From positions 960,001 to 1,024,000 of the forward strand of contig CAXXNF010000001.1 of the NCBI GenBank assembly GCA_963666365.2: a stretch of DNA of 64,000 nucleotides, in the 5' to 3' direction. Position 1 is the stretch's first letter, and every line of letters begins with the position of its first letter. The notes under the pieces are model-generated. The model ran no database searches. It was not told where the DNA came from and was given only the letters and a program-made list of their open reading frames with translations. A program made the translations under genes and the position numbers. This document shows positions 10,871-25,635 of the stretch, in pieces. This DNA is from Syntrophales bacterium (GTDB lineage: Bacteria > Desulfobacterota > Syntrophia > Syntrophales > UBA2210).

Positions 10871-10898
10871 CCTTCATCCAATTCCCGACTACAATCAA

Positions 10899-12598
<1,700 letters not shown>

Positions 12599-12602
12599 GA
12601 AC

Positions 12603-12701
12603 GCATGTCGGCGAGGCGGTTAGCACGCCTCGCTGACATGCTCTGCGTCTGTGTTCTCCCACACTCCCCTCGCCGCTGCCACAGGCGGGGCGAGGAGAGT
12701 G
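12603..12701. other. Two GC-rich stem-loops between hsp20 and groEL
   Basis: gcatgtcggcgaggcg/cgcctcgctgacatgc (12603-12641) and cactcccctcgcc/ggcgaggagagtg (12662-12701). Confidence 0.6.
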
Positions 12702-12721
12702 CAAAAGACGAACTTGAACTG

Positions 12722-13222
12722 CTACTCAGTTTTAATTGATATCTTTTTACTGGCCTCGGCGGCACTCTCCGCCTTGGAAACAACAATGTGGAGCACGCCC
12801 TTTTTAAAGGTCGCTTCGACCTTTTCGGTGTCGATATAGTCCGGCATGGGAATCACCCGGTGGAATGAACCGTACCGACGTTCCGTATGCCAGTAGTCTT
12901 TTCCTTTTTCCTCTTTTTTTTCCTTCTTTTCCCCCTTGAGTATCAGCGCCTCTTTCGTCAGAGACACGTCGATGTCCTTCTCGTCCATACCGGGCAGTTC
13001 CGCCGTTACTTCCAGTGATTTTTCCGTTTCCTTCACATCAATGGTCGGCATGAACTGTCCGCGCCACCGATCAATTTCGCCAAAGGGCAATTGCTCAAAA
13101 TCACTGAAGAAGGAGTCAAAAAGTTCATTCATCCGCCGCTGAAGCGAATAAAAGGGGAAATCATCCTCACGCCTTACGGGGACACCCGCCTTCCTTCTGC
13201 TCACAAGATCTTTGATTGCCAT
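12722..13222 (-). CDS. Small heat-shock protein (Hsp20/alpha-crystallin family)
   Basis: PTIDVKET, AELPGM, LILKGEKK, ERRYGSFHRVI, ATFKKGVLHI. SD aggagg. Confidence 0.95.
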   Translation of the reverse strand: MAIKDLVSRRKAGVPVRREDDFPFYSLQRRMNELFDSFFSDFEQLPFGEIDRWRGQFMPTIDVKETEKSLEVTAELPGMDEKDIDVSLTKEALILKGEKKEKKEEKGKDYWHTERRYGSFHRVIPMPDYIDTEKVEATFKKGVLHIVVSKAESAAEASKKISIKTE

Positions 13223-13467
13223 AACACACCCTCCTTCCTGTCCTCCTGCATGCCATGAAATCGAAGGGCTGCGATCCTGTCACTTACTCCGAATATGGGG
13301 AAGCAATTTTCTCCCCCTTGACAACTGATCGCCGCCACGATCACAACACGCAATCAGCCGTTATTATTTATTAATTACTTGTTTTATCCATATAGTAATC
13401 ACTCTTTTTGCCTTGTCAAGCACGGGGGAAAAGACAAATTAAAAAAATTGACCGGCGCCTGTTGCCT

Positions 13468-14430
13468 CTACTGCGATCGTATCTCCTGTTTCATGAATAT
13501 GGCGTAAGACATGCCGAAACAGATAAAGGTAATGGCGATGAGGGTAATTATATGGGGCATCACAATATAGACGCTTTGCACCAGGGAAAGCGGCCTTTGA
13601 AATCGTTCCTGGGACATTTTTTCCAGCGGCCCCATCAGGACAAAGGACCTGGTCGTTTTCCGCGTGGGATCAACGACGATCGCCGTGGAGTCATTATAAA
13701 GCTGCAGGGGAGACGCAAGGGATACATTTCTCTGGATTTTAATGCGCTTCATCATGAGTTCCGGATTTTCCCTGCTGTGCGCGTCAAGGGGAACAACGGC
13801 GCTGGCTGCCACACTGGCGCCGATGGAAATAAAAAAGGAGAAGAAAATCCACACCGCCAGCGTTGCCAGGGCGGAGGTGGCCACCCCTCTGAAGAGGATC
13901 GAAAAAAAGATGCTTACGGCGAGCCAGAAAGAAACATAGATCACGCTGATTACCAGATAGAGTATGATCCGCCAGACTTCCTCGACGCCGGGCACCACTC
14001 CTATCAACTTCAACCCCAGTCCAGAAACGACGCAGACAATGGAAAAGAGCATAATGGCAATGGTGGCGACGCCGGCGAGAAATTTTCCGTTGATTATGGA
14101 ATCACGATAAATGGGCTGCGACACCAACATGCTCAGCGTTCCGCTGCTTCGCTCTCGGTTCACCGAGTCGAATCCCAGAAGAAGCCCAATAAGGGGGCCG
14201 AAAAAGGCGACAAACTGCACGAGAGAAAACAGTGATCCTGTCGAGGTAAAGAGCATGAGAAACACAAATTGCGGTTTGGCAACGCCGGCGAGTTCCTCTC
14301 GAAGGCCGATACCGGCCATATAGGCGGTAATGAGGCCGGCCATGGCAATCAGTGCAAAAAGTATCGTAAATCGATAACTGCTGAAATGATCGGAAAGTTC
14401 TTTTCTGAATATGGTTCCGATACCGGTCAT
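13468..14430 (-). CDS. ABC-2 type transporter permease
   Basis: Multi-TM protein with GFDSVNRERSSGTL..L..QPIYRD..INGKF. Confidence 0.9.
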   Translation of the reverse strand: MTGIGTIFRKELSDHFSSYRFTILFALIAMAGLITAYMAGIGLREELAGVAKPQFVFLMLFTSTGSLFSLVQFVAFFGPLIGLLLGFDSVNRERSSGTLSMLVSQPIYRDSIINGKFLAGVATIAIMLFSIVCVVSGLGLKLIGVVPGVEEVWRIILYLVISVIYVSFWLAVSIFFSILFRGVATSALATLAVWIFFSFFISIGASVAASAVVPLDAHSRENPELMMKRIKIQRNVSLASPLQLYNDSTAIVVDPTRKTTRSFVLMGPLEKMSQERFQRPLSLVQSVYIVMPHIITLIAITFICFGMSYAIFMKQEIRSQ

Positions 14431-14432
14431 GC

Positions 14433-15185
14433 CTATCCCTCCTGAAAATACTTCATGTAGAGATCGTCGAGCGAGACCTGCCGGTCTCCCAGTCCGAATT
14501 TTTCCTCTGCCAGCCTGTCAAGAGTTCCCTCGGCGATCATCTGTCCCTCAAGCATGATGCCCACCCTATCGGCAATTTTCTGGACCTGCTTCAAATCGTG
14601 AGATGACAAGATAATCGTAATATTCTTTTCTCTGCTGAGGGACTGGATAAACCCTATGTTTTTGGCAGTCGCCTCGGGATCGAGGCCCAATGTGGGCTCG
14701 TCAAGAAAGGCAATCTTCGGCTCTTTGATAATGATTTCCGCAATGCCGAGCCTCTGCCGCATTCCCCTGGAATAGGCGCCGACCTTTTTTATCGCTTCGT
14801 CGGCGAGACCGACAGTTTCAAGGGCATCCGCAATCCTGGGACTGCTTACGGAATCGGCGAGCCCGTTCAGCCTGGCAATAAAGCGCAGATTTTCCAGCGC
14901 ATTCATATCTTCGTAAAACCCTATATTCTCGGGAATGTATCCGATAATCCGCTTGACCTTCATCGACTCCCGCAACGGGTCATAGCCCGCCACCCGCGCC
15001 CAGCCGCTGTCCGGCTCCGTAAGACCCAGAAGCATGAGAAGCGTGGTCGTTTTCCCCGATCCATTAGGACCGAGGAATCCGAATATTTCCCCCTCATGTA
15101 CGGTAAACGTCAGATTACTAACCGCTTTTTGACGTCCATAGATCTTCGTCAGCCCCTGAGTTTCAATAATTTTGTCCCCGCCCAT
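14433..15185 (-). CDS. ABC transporter ATP-binding protein
   Basis: Walker A GPNGSGKTT, signature YSRGMRQR, Walker B FLDEP, H-loop SSH. Confidence 0.95.
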   Translation of the reverse strand: MGGDKIIETQGLTKIYGRQKAVSNLTFTVHEGEIFGFLGPNGSGKTTTLLMLLGLTEPDSGWARVAGYDPLRESMKVKRIIGYIPENIGFYEDMNALENLRFIARLNGLADSVSSPRIADALETVGLADEAIKKVGAYSRGMRQRLGIAEIIIKEPKIAFLDEPTLGLDPEATAKNIGFIQSLSREKNITIILSSHDLKQVQKIADRVGIMLEGQMIAEGTLDRLAEEKFGLGDRQVSLDDLYMKYFQEG

Positions 15186-15186
15186 G

Positions 15187-16407
15187 TCATCTCCTTCCCA
15201 GGATCAGAAACAGACCGAAGAGCCCGATAATGACCAACAGGATGATCCCGATTCCAATCCACCCCCAGGCGGCAGAGGCCTTAACGGTAACCCTCAATTC
15301 AAGGGCATCGGAACTTTTTTCGGCATTGACCTGTATCCCCACGGCATAATCCCCCACCAGGGCCTCTTCGGCGGGCACAATGGTTACTTCAACCTGCTGG
15401 AGACTTCCCGGTTCCAGGGAGGAGAGTTTCTCCGGCGCGAACGTGACGTTCCAGTTTTCCGGCTTGACTGAAAGAAAGGATACCTCATGCAATGAAGCGG
15501 AACCGGTATTCTTTAAATAGATGGAAAGATTTCCAGGCTTGCCCTTCCGAGTTTCGAGCGAGAGAAGCCCCGTCGCGGTGCCGGCATCAATCTTATAGGT
15601 TCCCGTAATGACGACTTTGAGCACGGCTTCCGCCTTCATATCACCGGCCGTCACCGTCACCGGTATGGGGTATTCTCCCGCCGCCGCGAACCGATCGGGG
15701 GTCACCTCGACATTCACATTCTGACTCTCATCCGGTTTCATTAAGAGACTCGAAATATAGGTGTCCTTAAAGGGCGGCTTGAAATTGATCTGCCAGTCCC
15801 TGGGCGCCTCGGCCAGGAGATTGAAGGGCTGCTCCTTCCTGGTTTTATTGTTGATGCCCAGGGAAAATTCGAATTTTCCGTCGTTTGCCCCCTGCAAGAC
15901 CGGATAGGACGTGGTGACTACAATCTTTCCCTGTGTTTCTTTCTCTTTTTCCTGCAATGTCACCTTAAGCGTTTGAGACGCCGTAAGAAGACCGTCTACG
16001 GTACGGGAATTCACTTCAAATCGATAGTCGCCCGGCGGTGTGTCGCCATAGGGTTCAATATTGAAGGTGACCGATCTGTCTTCACCGGCGGGCACATGAA
16101 TAGAGGTAATATCGAAGCTGTATGTCTTTACCCTGGCGCGCCATCCCGGGGGGATTCGATAGTCGAAATGAATCGTTTCGTCCTTCTTCCCTCTGTTTCT
16201 GAAGGTAAGATCAAGATCCACGCTGCTTGCTCCACCGAGAAAAATAATTTCGGGATAGGCGAAATTCATGGAAAAGCTGCGCTCGGGACCATCTGTTTTT
16301 CCCCCCTGTGAATCCTGGGCACACCCGGGCGATAGGAAAAAGATCCCGCACAGGATGAGCGAGGTGAACAGGGCCATTGCAAAAAACTTTCCATTTCCAA
16401 GTCTCAT
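15187..16407 (-). CDS. Exported, C-terminally anchored protein with repeated Ig-like (NEW3/NPCBM-associated) domains
   Basis: Signal peptide, three beta-rich repeats (N.G...P.GW...AGEY/GDY), and a C-terminal TM helix followed by GRR. Confidence 0.75.
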   Translation of the reverse strand: MRLGNGKFFAMALFTSLILCGIFFLSPGCAQDSQGGKTDGPERSFSMNFAYPEIIFLGGASSVDLDLTFRNRGKKDETIHFDYRIPPGWRARVKTYSFDITSIHVPAGEDRSVTFNIEPYGDTPPGDYRFEVNSRTVDGLLTASQTLKVTLQEKEKETQGKIVVTTSYPVLQGANDGKFEFSLGINNKTRKEQPFNLLAEAPRDWQINFKPPFKDTYISSLLMKPDESQNVNVEVTPDRFAAAGEYPIPVTVTAGDMKAEAVLKVVITGTYKIDAGTATGLLSLETRKGKPGNLSIYLKNTGSASLHEVSFLSVKPENWNVTFAPEKLSSLEPGSLQQVEVTIVPAEEALVGDYAVGIQVNAEKSSDALELRVTVKASAAWGWIGIGIILLVIIGLFGLFLILGRR

Positions 16408-16752
16408 TTCATCTCCTCCATTTGCACCGGATCGACCGGATGAACCGTCAATCCTCTATTTTTATTATTATAAATGCACCCTCTTGTGTGATAATTCAGC
16501 AGGTTACTTTATTGATCTCCCGTCTCTTATCGCCGCTGCGGGGCCTCGTCCGCAACGCGCGTGCAGACGTCAGTTATTTAAAATTGAGTGCGATTGATTC
16601 AGAGACATTACACACAATGGAAACACCCTTTACCCCAGAAACACGCTGAATGTATATAAGGATTCGATCAATTGTCAAGGTCATTCTTTTTTCGACAGGC
16701 GCGACAGGGAACGAACGCGCGTAAGGACGCAGGCGCCGGGATCGTCAAGAAG

Positions 16753-17136
16753 TATCAGAGCAGATCTGTAAGCCGAGTTCTGTTCCCCTGAAGGGGCGGT
16801 GATCATTCATCTGGGACAACGGTTGCCCGCTGCCTCAAGCGACGCTACCCGAGAGCTTCGGACGGGCCGCCCTCATGCGCTCTCCTATTTGGTCTTGCTC
16901 CGGATGGGGTTTACCAAGCTTTCCCGGTCACCCGGGAAACTGGTGAGCTCTTACCTCGCCTTTTCACCCTTACCCCGGCACGCAACGCGGACGTCCCTTG
17001 CCGTGGCGGTATATTTTCTGTGGCACTTTCCTTAGGGTCGCCCCCAGTCGCCGTTAGCGACCATCCTGCCCTGCGGAGCTCGGACTTTCCTCCAGCCCGG
17101 AACCCCGGACCAGCGACCACCCGATCTGCTCTGATA
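16753..17136 (-). ncRNA. rnpB: RNase P RNA (class A)
   Basis: Minus strand has GAGGAAAGTCCGAGCTC, GGAAAGTGCCACAGAAAA, GGTGAAAAGGCGAGGTAAGAGC and ACAGAACTCGGCTTA. The P1 helix is the gtatcagagcagatc inverted repeat at both ends. Confidence 0.95.
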
Positions 17137-17231
17137 CATAGCTTGAATATAGCCATTCCGACGGTCGGAATCAACCAAAACCATCACATCGGAAAGGGGC
17201 GTCGCCGCACACATCGCCGGCAGGCAAATCC

Positions 17232-17951
17232 TTATTCACCATCCCGGCGGTCCTCCCAGTAGAGAATCCTGCTGCAGTGCGGACAGAGTATAAGGGTCTC
17301 CGACCTCCGAAGGTCGTTATACATCTGAGGTGGAATATTCATATGACAGCCGCTGCATACTTCCTGCCACGCAGCCACGACGGCCTTCCCATTTCGCCTC
17401 GTTTTGATAAGGTCAAATTTCTTCAGCAGATTTACGTCAATTTTTTGCCGGATTGAGTCCTGCTCGTGCACCTTTTCTGCAAGGTGCGCATCAATCGAAC
17501 ACAGCTCTTTCTCTATTCGGGCCGCCTGATCGGCAAATTGTGTTCTATGGGCGGCAATCTCGTCATTTTCCACGGCGATCGCTTGAGAAAGTCTCTCGAC
17601 TTCGTCAAGCAGACGAATAATCTCGTCTTCAACCCTGCCGCTTGCCTCTTTGATGGTTTCAATCTCCTTCAAGGTGGCTTCATACTCTTTATTCGTCTTA
17701 ACCTCGATTAATCTTCCCTTGGCCCGCTTTATTTTGTCGGCATTGGTGACAAGATTTGCCTCCTGTTGACGATGCTCCTTCTTGAGCGCCTCCAGGCGTT
17801 CTTTCTCCAATTCAAAGCGCGCCTCTCGTCCCTGCATTTCCTCTTCGAGGGCGTGCTTCGTTTTCGGAAGTTCCACCTTTTTGTTCTTCAGGGACGACAC
17901 GTCCAGTTCCGCCTTTTGAAGTTCCACCAGTAATTGCAACTGCTCTTTCAA
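17232..17951 (-). CDS. Coiled-coil protein with C4 zinc ribbon (DUF164/CT398-like)
   Basis: Long coiled coil, KTNKEYEA, C-terminal CSGCHM...CPHCSRILY. TTG start with SD gaggagg. This family is typically next to rnpB. Confidence 0.85.
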   Translation of the reverse strand: MKEQLQLLVELQKAELDVSSLKNKKVELPKTKHALEEEMQGREARFELEKERLEALKKEHRQQEANLVTNADKIKRAKGRLIEVKTNKEYEATLKEIETIKEASGRVEDEIIRLLDEVERLSQAIAVENDEIAAHRTQFADQAARIEKELCSIDAHLAEKVHEQDSIRQKIDVNLLKKFDLIKTRRNGKAVVAAWQEVCSGCHMNIPPQMYNDLRRSETLILCPHCSRILYWEDRRDGE

Positions 17952-17972
17952 AAATATTCCTCCTCTTAAGAT

Positions 17973-18007
17973 AAAAAAAATGCACCAGATTTTTCTGGTG
18001 CATTTTT
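17973..18007 (-). terminator. Intrinsic terminator downstream of tRNA(CAT)
   Basis: aaaaatgcaccaga/tctggtgcattttt hairpin with a T8 run on the minus strand. Confidence 0.7.
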
Positions 18008-18076
18008 CAGGAATGGTCCTGTGATGATCCTTTATGTGCCTTCGGTGCTGTTTTCTGTCTCATCGCTGTCAAGTTA

Positions 18077-18152
18077 TGGTGGGCCCACCTGGGTTCGAAC
18101 CAGGGACCTACCGGTTATGAGCCGGTGGCTCTGCCAATTGAGCTATGGGCCC
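18077..18152 (-). tRNA. tRNA with CAT anticodon, most likely tRNA-Ile2 (lysidine)
   Basis: GGGCCCATAGCTCAATTGGCAGAGCCACCGGCT-CAT-AACCGGTAGGTCCCTGGTTCGAACCCAGGTGGGCCCACCA. The paired G1-C72 excludes fMet, and the acceptor stem is Ile-like. Confidence 0.9.
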
Positions 18153-18263
18153 CTCAAGATCCATTGAATTAAAATAAAGGGGGAACTTATACCTCTTTAT
18201 TGCATCTGTCAAGATCTTTATGGCACTTTTTTACCTCCCCACGTATCGGCATCTTTATCCCGC

Positions 18264-19616
18264 TCAGAAAAGAAATTCCACAAGCTCGCCTACATTGCCG
18301 ATGCCGATCGGCGCCATCCCCTTTTCGAATGTATGGTCTCGGACCACACTCCGGGGAAGGATGGCACGAGCGAATCCCATGCGTCCGGCCTCCTTTACCC
18401 GGGACAGCACCTGTCCCACGCCGCGCACCTCCCCCGTCAACCCGACCTCTCCAAACACAATCGTTCCAAAATCGACGGATCTGTTGAGAAAGCTGGAGAC
18501 CAGCGATGAGACGATCGCCAGATCAATGGCCGGTTCTGCAACTTTAACCCCGCCTGCCACATTGATAAAAATATCGCGGCTCGCCAGATGAAACCCGCAG
18601 ACGCGATCAATAACGGCCGCCAGGAGCGATACCCTGTTATGATCAACTCCGATGGCCGTTCTTCGCGGTATCCCCATGGACGTTTCGGTGACCAGCGATT
18701 GCACTTCCACCAGTATTGGCCGGGTTCCTTCCATGCTTGCCGTCACTGCGGACCCGGCGACTCCCGAGGGACGTTCCGATAAAAACAGCGCCGAAGGGTT
18801 GGCGACCTCGAAGAGTCCCCGCTCCCTCATTTCAAAGACGCCGATTTCATTGGTTGGTCCATAGCGATTCTTGACCGCTCTCACTATGCGGAAACTCAGC
18901 CCCGAATCCCCTTCAAAATAAAGCACCGTATCGACCATATGCTCAAGAACCCGGGGACCGGCAATCGATCCGTCTTTGGTGACATGGCCGATGAGAAAGA
19001 GGGGGACTCCCGACTGTTTTGACTGTATGATGAGTCTCTCCGACGCTTCCCGCACCTGGGTGACACTTCCCGGCGCCGAGGAGTAAGCGGAGGAATAAAG
19101 CGTCTGTATGGAATCGATAACCACCGCCGCCGGCTTTGCATCCTCAATCTGCTGCTGGATCGCTTCAAGGGAAGTTTCGACAAGTATCAGAAGGTTGGCT
19201 GAAAGCGCGCCGACTCGAGTCCCTCTTATTTTTATCTGCCGCGCCGATTCTTCTCCCGACACATACAGGACCCTGTTGCCGCGTGCTGCGATCTCCTGAA
19301 GCACCTGTAAAAGGAGCGTAGATTTTCCGATGCCCGGGTCACCGCCGATGAGAACGGCCGATCCGGTCACGATTCCCCCTCCAAGCACACGGTCTACTTC
19401 TTCAATACCCACGACAAGACGGTCTTTTTCGTCGGCCTCTATGGCAGCGATGGGCAGGGGAACTGCATCAAAAGCTGTGCGCTGCGACACACTGCCGTCA
19501 CGGATTTCTTCTTCGACAAAAGAATTCCACTGGCCGCAGGACGGGCAGCGACCAAGCCATTTGGGCGAATCATACCCGCAGCCTTGGCATGAAAAGATCA
19601 TTTTTGCCTTTTTCAC
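18264..19616 (-). CDS. radA: DNA repair protein RadA/Sms
   Basis: Zn finger CQGC...CPSC, GGDPGIGKST, KNRYG, Lon-like C-terminus. Confidence 0.97.
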   Translation of the reverse strand: MKKAKMIFSCQGCGYDSPKWLGRCPSCGQWNSFVEEEIRDGSVSQRTAFDAVPLPIAAIEADEKDRLVVGIEEVDRVLGGGIVTGSAVLIGGDPGIGKSTLLLQVLQEIAARGNRVLYVSGEESARQIKIRGTRVGALSANLLILVETSLEAIQQQIEDAKPAAVVIDSIQTLYSSAYSSAPGSVTQVREASERLIIQSKQSGVPLFLIGHVTKDGSIAGPRVLEHMVDTVLYFEGDSGLSFRIVRAVKNRYGPTNEIGVFEMRERGLFEVANPSALFLSERPSGVAGSAVTASMEGTRPILVEVQSLVTETSMGIPRRTAIGVDHNRVSLLAAVIDRVCGFHLASRDIFINVAGGVKVAEPAIDLAIVSSLVSSFLNRSVDFGTIVFGEVGLTGEVRGVGQVLSRVKEAGRMGFARAILPRSVVRDHTFEKGMAPIGIGNVGELVEFLF

Positions 19617-19675
19617 CTACACCGGCTCCCTTGAAAAAATGGAAGGATTATGCCCACAGGATGGGTATTGCACAC

Positions 19676-19704
19676 ACTATAGGAACATTTATACCCCGCG
19701 TCAA
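19676..19704 (-). promoter_or_regulatory. Putative sigma-70 promoter of radA
   Basis: TTGACG-17 nt-TATAGT on the minus strand. Confidence 0.55.
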
Positions 19705-19854
19705 CAGAAATTGGCCCTTCACAAAGGAACCCGGGCCTCGGCAGGAATGTGCATGGATTCGCGCCGTTGTCTTCGACCTCAAAAAACCTTGAGCAAGACG
19801 TACAATTCTGATATAGGGGGTTGTTTCGTTATACTAAGAAGAGGATAAATTCAT

Positions 19855-20985
19855 ATGAACCATAATCCAAATTTCAGTTCCGGTCCCTGCAGCAAACGTC
19901 CGGGATGGAGCCTTTCCGCATTGACCGGTGCAGCAGTGGGCCGCTCTCACAGAAGCGCCCTGGGGAAAGAAAAACTTGGCAGTGCCATTGTCGAAAGTAA
20001 AGAAATCCTTGGGGTGCCTGATGATTATCTGCTGGGCATCCTTCCGGGATCGGACACGGGAGCATTCGAAGCCGCCATGTGGTCTCTTCTGGGCCCCAGG
20101 GCCGTCACGGTGCTCGTGTGGGAAAGTTTCAGCGAGGGATGGGCAACCGACCTATCCAAGCAACTGAAACTGAACCCCACGGTGCTCAAAGCCGAGTACG
20201 GGAAAATTCCCGATCTTGCCGCCATTGACTGGACCAGTGACGTGGTCTTTGTGGCTAACGGGACAACCAGCGGCGTGAAGGTCCCCGATTGGGAATGGAT
20301 TCCGGAGAACCGCGAGGGATTAACACTCTGCGATGCAACCAGCGCCGTTTTCGCCATGCCCCTGGACTGGTCAAAAATTGATGTGCTCACGTACTCATGG
20401 CAGAAATGCCTGGGAGGAGAAGCGGCGCACGGCATCCTCGTACTGAGTCCCCGCGCGGTGGAGCGAATTGAATCCTACGATCCCCCCTGGCCGCTTCCAA
20501 AAATCTTTCGCCTGAAGAAGGGCGGAAAACTGAACCGCGCCATATTCAAGGGGGACACCATCAACACGCCGTCCATGCTGTGCCTGGAGGATTATCTTGA
20601 CGCCCTTGCATGGGCTCGACAGATCGGACTTGACGGTCTTATAGAACGAAGCAGGGCCAATTTGGCCGTGATCGAGAAGTGGGTTGCGCACACGGATTGG
20701 ATCGATTTTCTGGCCGAATCGGAGGCGATCAGATCCCACACCTCGGTGTGCCTCAAGATCACCAATGAAAAATTTCAGGCCCTTTCCGAAGAGGACAAAA
20801 CGGCCTTCGTCAAGGGCATCGCAGGCACTCTGAGCAAAAACGACATTGCCCACGACGCAGGCTCCTACAAGGATGCCCCTCCGGGATTCCGTTTCTGGTG
20901 CGGCCCCACGGTCGAACCGAATGATGTAAAGCGGGGCATTGAAGGTCTGGAAAAAGTCTATCTTGAAAAGATCAGCACACTGTAA
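19855..20985 (+). CDS. serC: Phosphoserine aminotransferase (Methanosarcina/alphaproteobacterial type)
   Basis: [26 protein letters not shown] lysine SWQK, INTPSML. Adjacent to serA. Confidence 0.93.
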   Translation: MNHNPNFSSGPCSKRPGWSLSALTGAAVGRSHRSALGKEKLGSAIVESKEILGVPDDYLLGILPGSDTGAFEAAMWSLLGPRAVTVLVWESFSEGWATDLSKQLKLNPTVLKAEYGKIPDLAAIDWTSDVVFVANGTTSGVKVPDWEWIPENREGLTLCDATSAVFAMPLDWSKIDVLTYSWQKCLGGEAAHGILVLSPRAVERIESYDPPWPLPKIFRLKKGGKLNRAIFKGDTINTPSMLCLEDYLDALAWARQIGLDGLIERSRANLAVIEKWVAHTDWIDFLAESEAIRSHTSVCLKITNEKFQALSEEDKTAFVKGIAGTLSKNDIAHDAGSYKDAPPGFRFWCGPTVEPNDVKRGIEGLEKVYLEKISTL

Positions 20986-21000
20986 ATCGGAGAAGAAAGA

Positions 21001-23899
<2,899 letters not shown>

Positions 23900-23900
<1 letters not shown>

Positions 23901-24316
23901 TGATAAAGGAGGCTGCAATAGCTACTATCACGCAGGAGGAAACAAAGAAGCGCGTCCTTCTTTTTGTCAATGCCGCGCTGGAACGCAAAGCGGAAGGGCT
24001 GACAATTCTGAAGGTGCATGAACTGACTTCTCTGGCTGATTATTTTATTCTGATGAGCGGCAGTTCCGATCGACAGGTTCAGGCAACGGCGGCCTATATT
24101 CGCGAAACACTCAAAAAATCAGATATTTATCCCCTGGGAGTTGAAGGGGAACAGGCAGGCCGGTGGATTCTGATGGATTACGGCGATATCGTGGTACATA
24201 TCTTTTACGAACCGGTGCGCGAGTTTTATGATATCGACAGCCTGTGGTCAGATGCGCCGAAGATGGAAATCGGCGACAACGTGCAAAGGCTGACCGACCT
24301 AAATGATGACATGTGA
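23900..24316 (+). CDS. rsfS: Ribosome silencing factor RsfS (Iojap)
   Basis: DYFILMSG, WILMDYGDIVVHIF, REFYDIDSLW. TAATG coupling to purA. Confidence 0.92.
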
Positions 24317-25043
24317 TCGTCACGGCATTGCATCAAGTGTGGCGGACCTGGTATTTCCGCCGGCCTGCATCGTCTGCGGCCGCCTTCTCCGCAGCATTGC
24401 GCCATCGCCGTTCTGCGGCGAATGCTTCACAAATATTGCCTTCATCGCCGCACCGATATGCGACATATGCGGTATCCCCTTTGACAGGGAGGGAGAAGGA
24501 ACCCACCATTGCGGCGCATGCATCATCGATCCTCCCCCTTACAGCAGAGCCAGAGCGGTCGGCGTCTATAAGGGTGCCCTCCTGGAAGCCATCCATTTAT
24601 TTAAATACCGAAAAGACGCAGGTATGGGCATGGGAAAACAGTTGGGGGCGTTCATGGCGGCGTGGGCCTACGATTCTCTCTCTCCCGCAGACTATGATGC
24701 CGTCATTCCCATTCCGCTGCACCATAACAGGCTTAAAGAACGGGGATTTAATCAGTCGGCGATTCTGGCGCGCGAAATCGCACGAATGTTTTCTCTGCCG
24801 CTCGATCTTTCCACGCTGTGGCGTAAAGAAGATCGACCGCCCCAGGTAGGCTTGGGACGGCAGCAACGTCGAAAAAACACGAGAGGGGTGTTCGAAGTAA
24901 AACGGGGGAAGGATATTTACCGTAAACGCCTCCTGTTGGTAGATGATGTATTCACCACGGGAAGCACCGCAGGGGAGTGCGCCCGCCTTCTGAGGAGGCA
25001 CGGGGCGCTGGAAGTGGCGGTGCTGACGCTGGCGCGGGCATAA
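24303..25043 (+). CDS. comF: ComF family protein (double zinc ribbon plus PRTase domain)
   Basis: CxxC pairs, RGFNQS, LLVDDVFTTGST. Confidence 0.9.
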   Translation: MMTCDRHGIASSVADLVFPPACIVCGRLLRSIAPSPFCGECFTNIAFIAAPICDICGIPFDREGEGTHHCGACIIDPPPYSRARAVGVYKGALLEAIHLFKYRKDAGMGMGKQLGAFMAAWAYDSLSPADYDAVIPIPLHHNRLKERGFNQSAILAREIARMFSLPLDLSTLWRKEDRPPQVGLGRQQRRKNTRGVFEVKRGKDIYRKRLLLVDDVFTTGSTAGECARLLRRHGALEVAVLTLARA

Positions 25044-25082
25044 ATCTCTTCTGGCAAAAGAAAGTGAATCGGGAGACAGGCG

Positions 25083-25556
25083 ATGAATAAGGTGCTGCCG
25101 CAGGAGAAATTGAAAGTAATACTGGAAGGTCTGAGGGCGGAGGGAAAGAAGATCGTCTTTACCAATGGTTGCTTTGACATCCTCCACGTCGGTCACGTGA
25201 CCTACCTCAACCAGGCAAAGGAATTGGGAGATGTCTTGGTTATCGGACTCAACAGTGATGCATCTGTTACATCGATTAAAGGCCCCCTGCGTCCGATTGT
25301 ATCCGAATCTGAACGGGCTGCCGTGATTGCGGCACTGGAAGTCACCGATTATGTGACGATATTCAGAGAGGACACCCCTCAAGAACTGATTGAGTATCTG
25401 AAACCCCATATTCTTGTCAAGGGGGGCGATTGGGCGCCTGGCGAACTGGCAGGAGGGGACATCGTCGAAGAAGTGGTGATTATTCCCACGGTCGAAGGTG
25501 CATCAACAACCGATATCATCGGTCGCATCAAGGCCCTCTTTTTGAAAAAGGAATAA
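25083..25556 (+). CDS. rfaE2: D-glycero-beta-D-manno-heptose 1-phosphate adenylyltransferase
   Basis: FTNGCFDILHVGH, GLNSDASV, KGGDW, STTDII. Confidence 0.92.
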   Translation: MNKVLPQEKLKVILEGLRAEGKKIVFTNGCFDILHVGHVTYLNQAKELGDVLVIGLNSDASVTSIKGPLRPIVSESERAAVIAALEVTDYVTIFREDTPQELIEYLKPHILVKGGDWAPGELAGGDIVEEVVIIPTVEGASTTDIIGRIKALFLKKE

Positions 25557-25635
25557 TTTTTCTTTACAAACGAATCCCGATTGTATATATGGGAGCGGAA
25601 ATTTTTGACCCTCAAAGGACGGATACAGTATACAG

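Noticed and set aside
12620..12705. CIRCE (HrcA) operator upstream of groEL: half-site-like TTAGCACgc (12620) and GAGTGCaAA (12697)
   Set aside because: The half-sites are 68 nt apart rather than 9, and each lacks a partner. At most this is a decayed remnant.
13280..13330. Sigma-32 promoter for hsp20 (CCCCATAT on the minus strand)
   Set aside because: There is no CTTGAA-like -35 at the proper spacing, and the motif is one arm of a hairpin. A TTGACA-16-TACTAT sigma-70 candidate lies further upstream.
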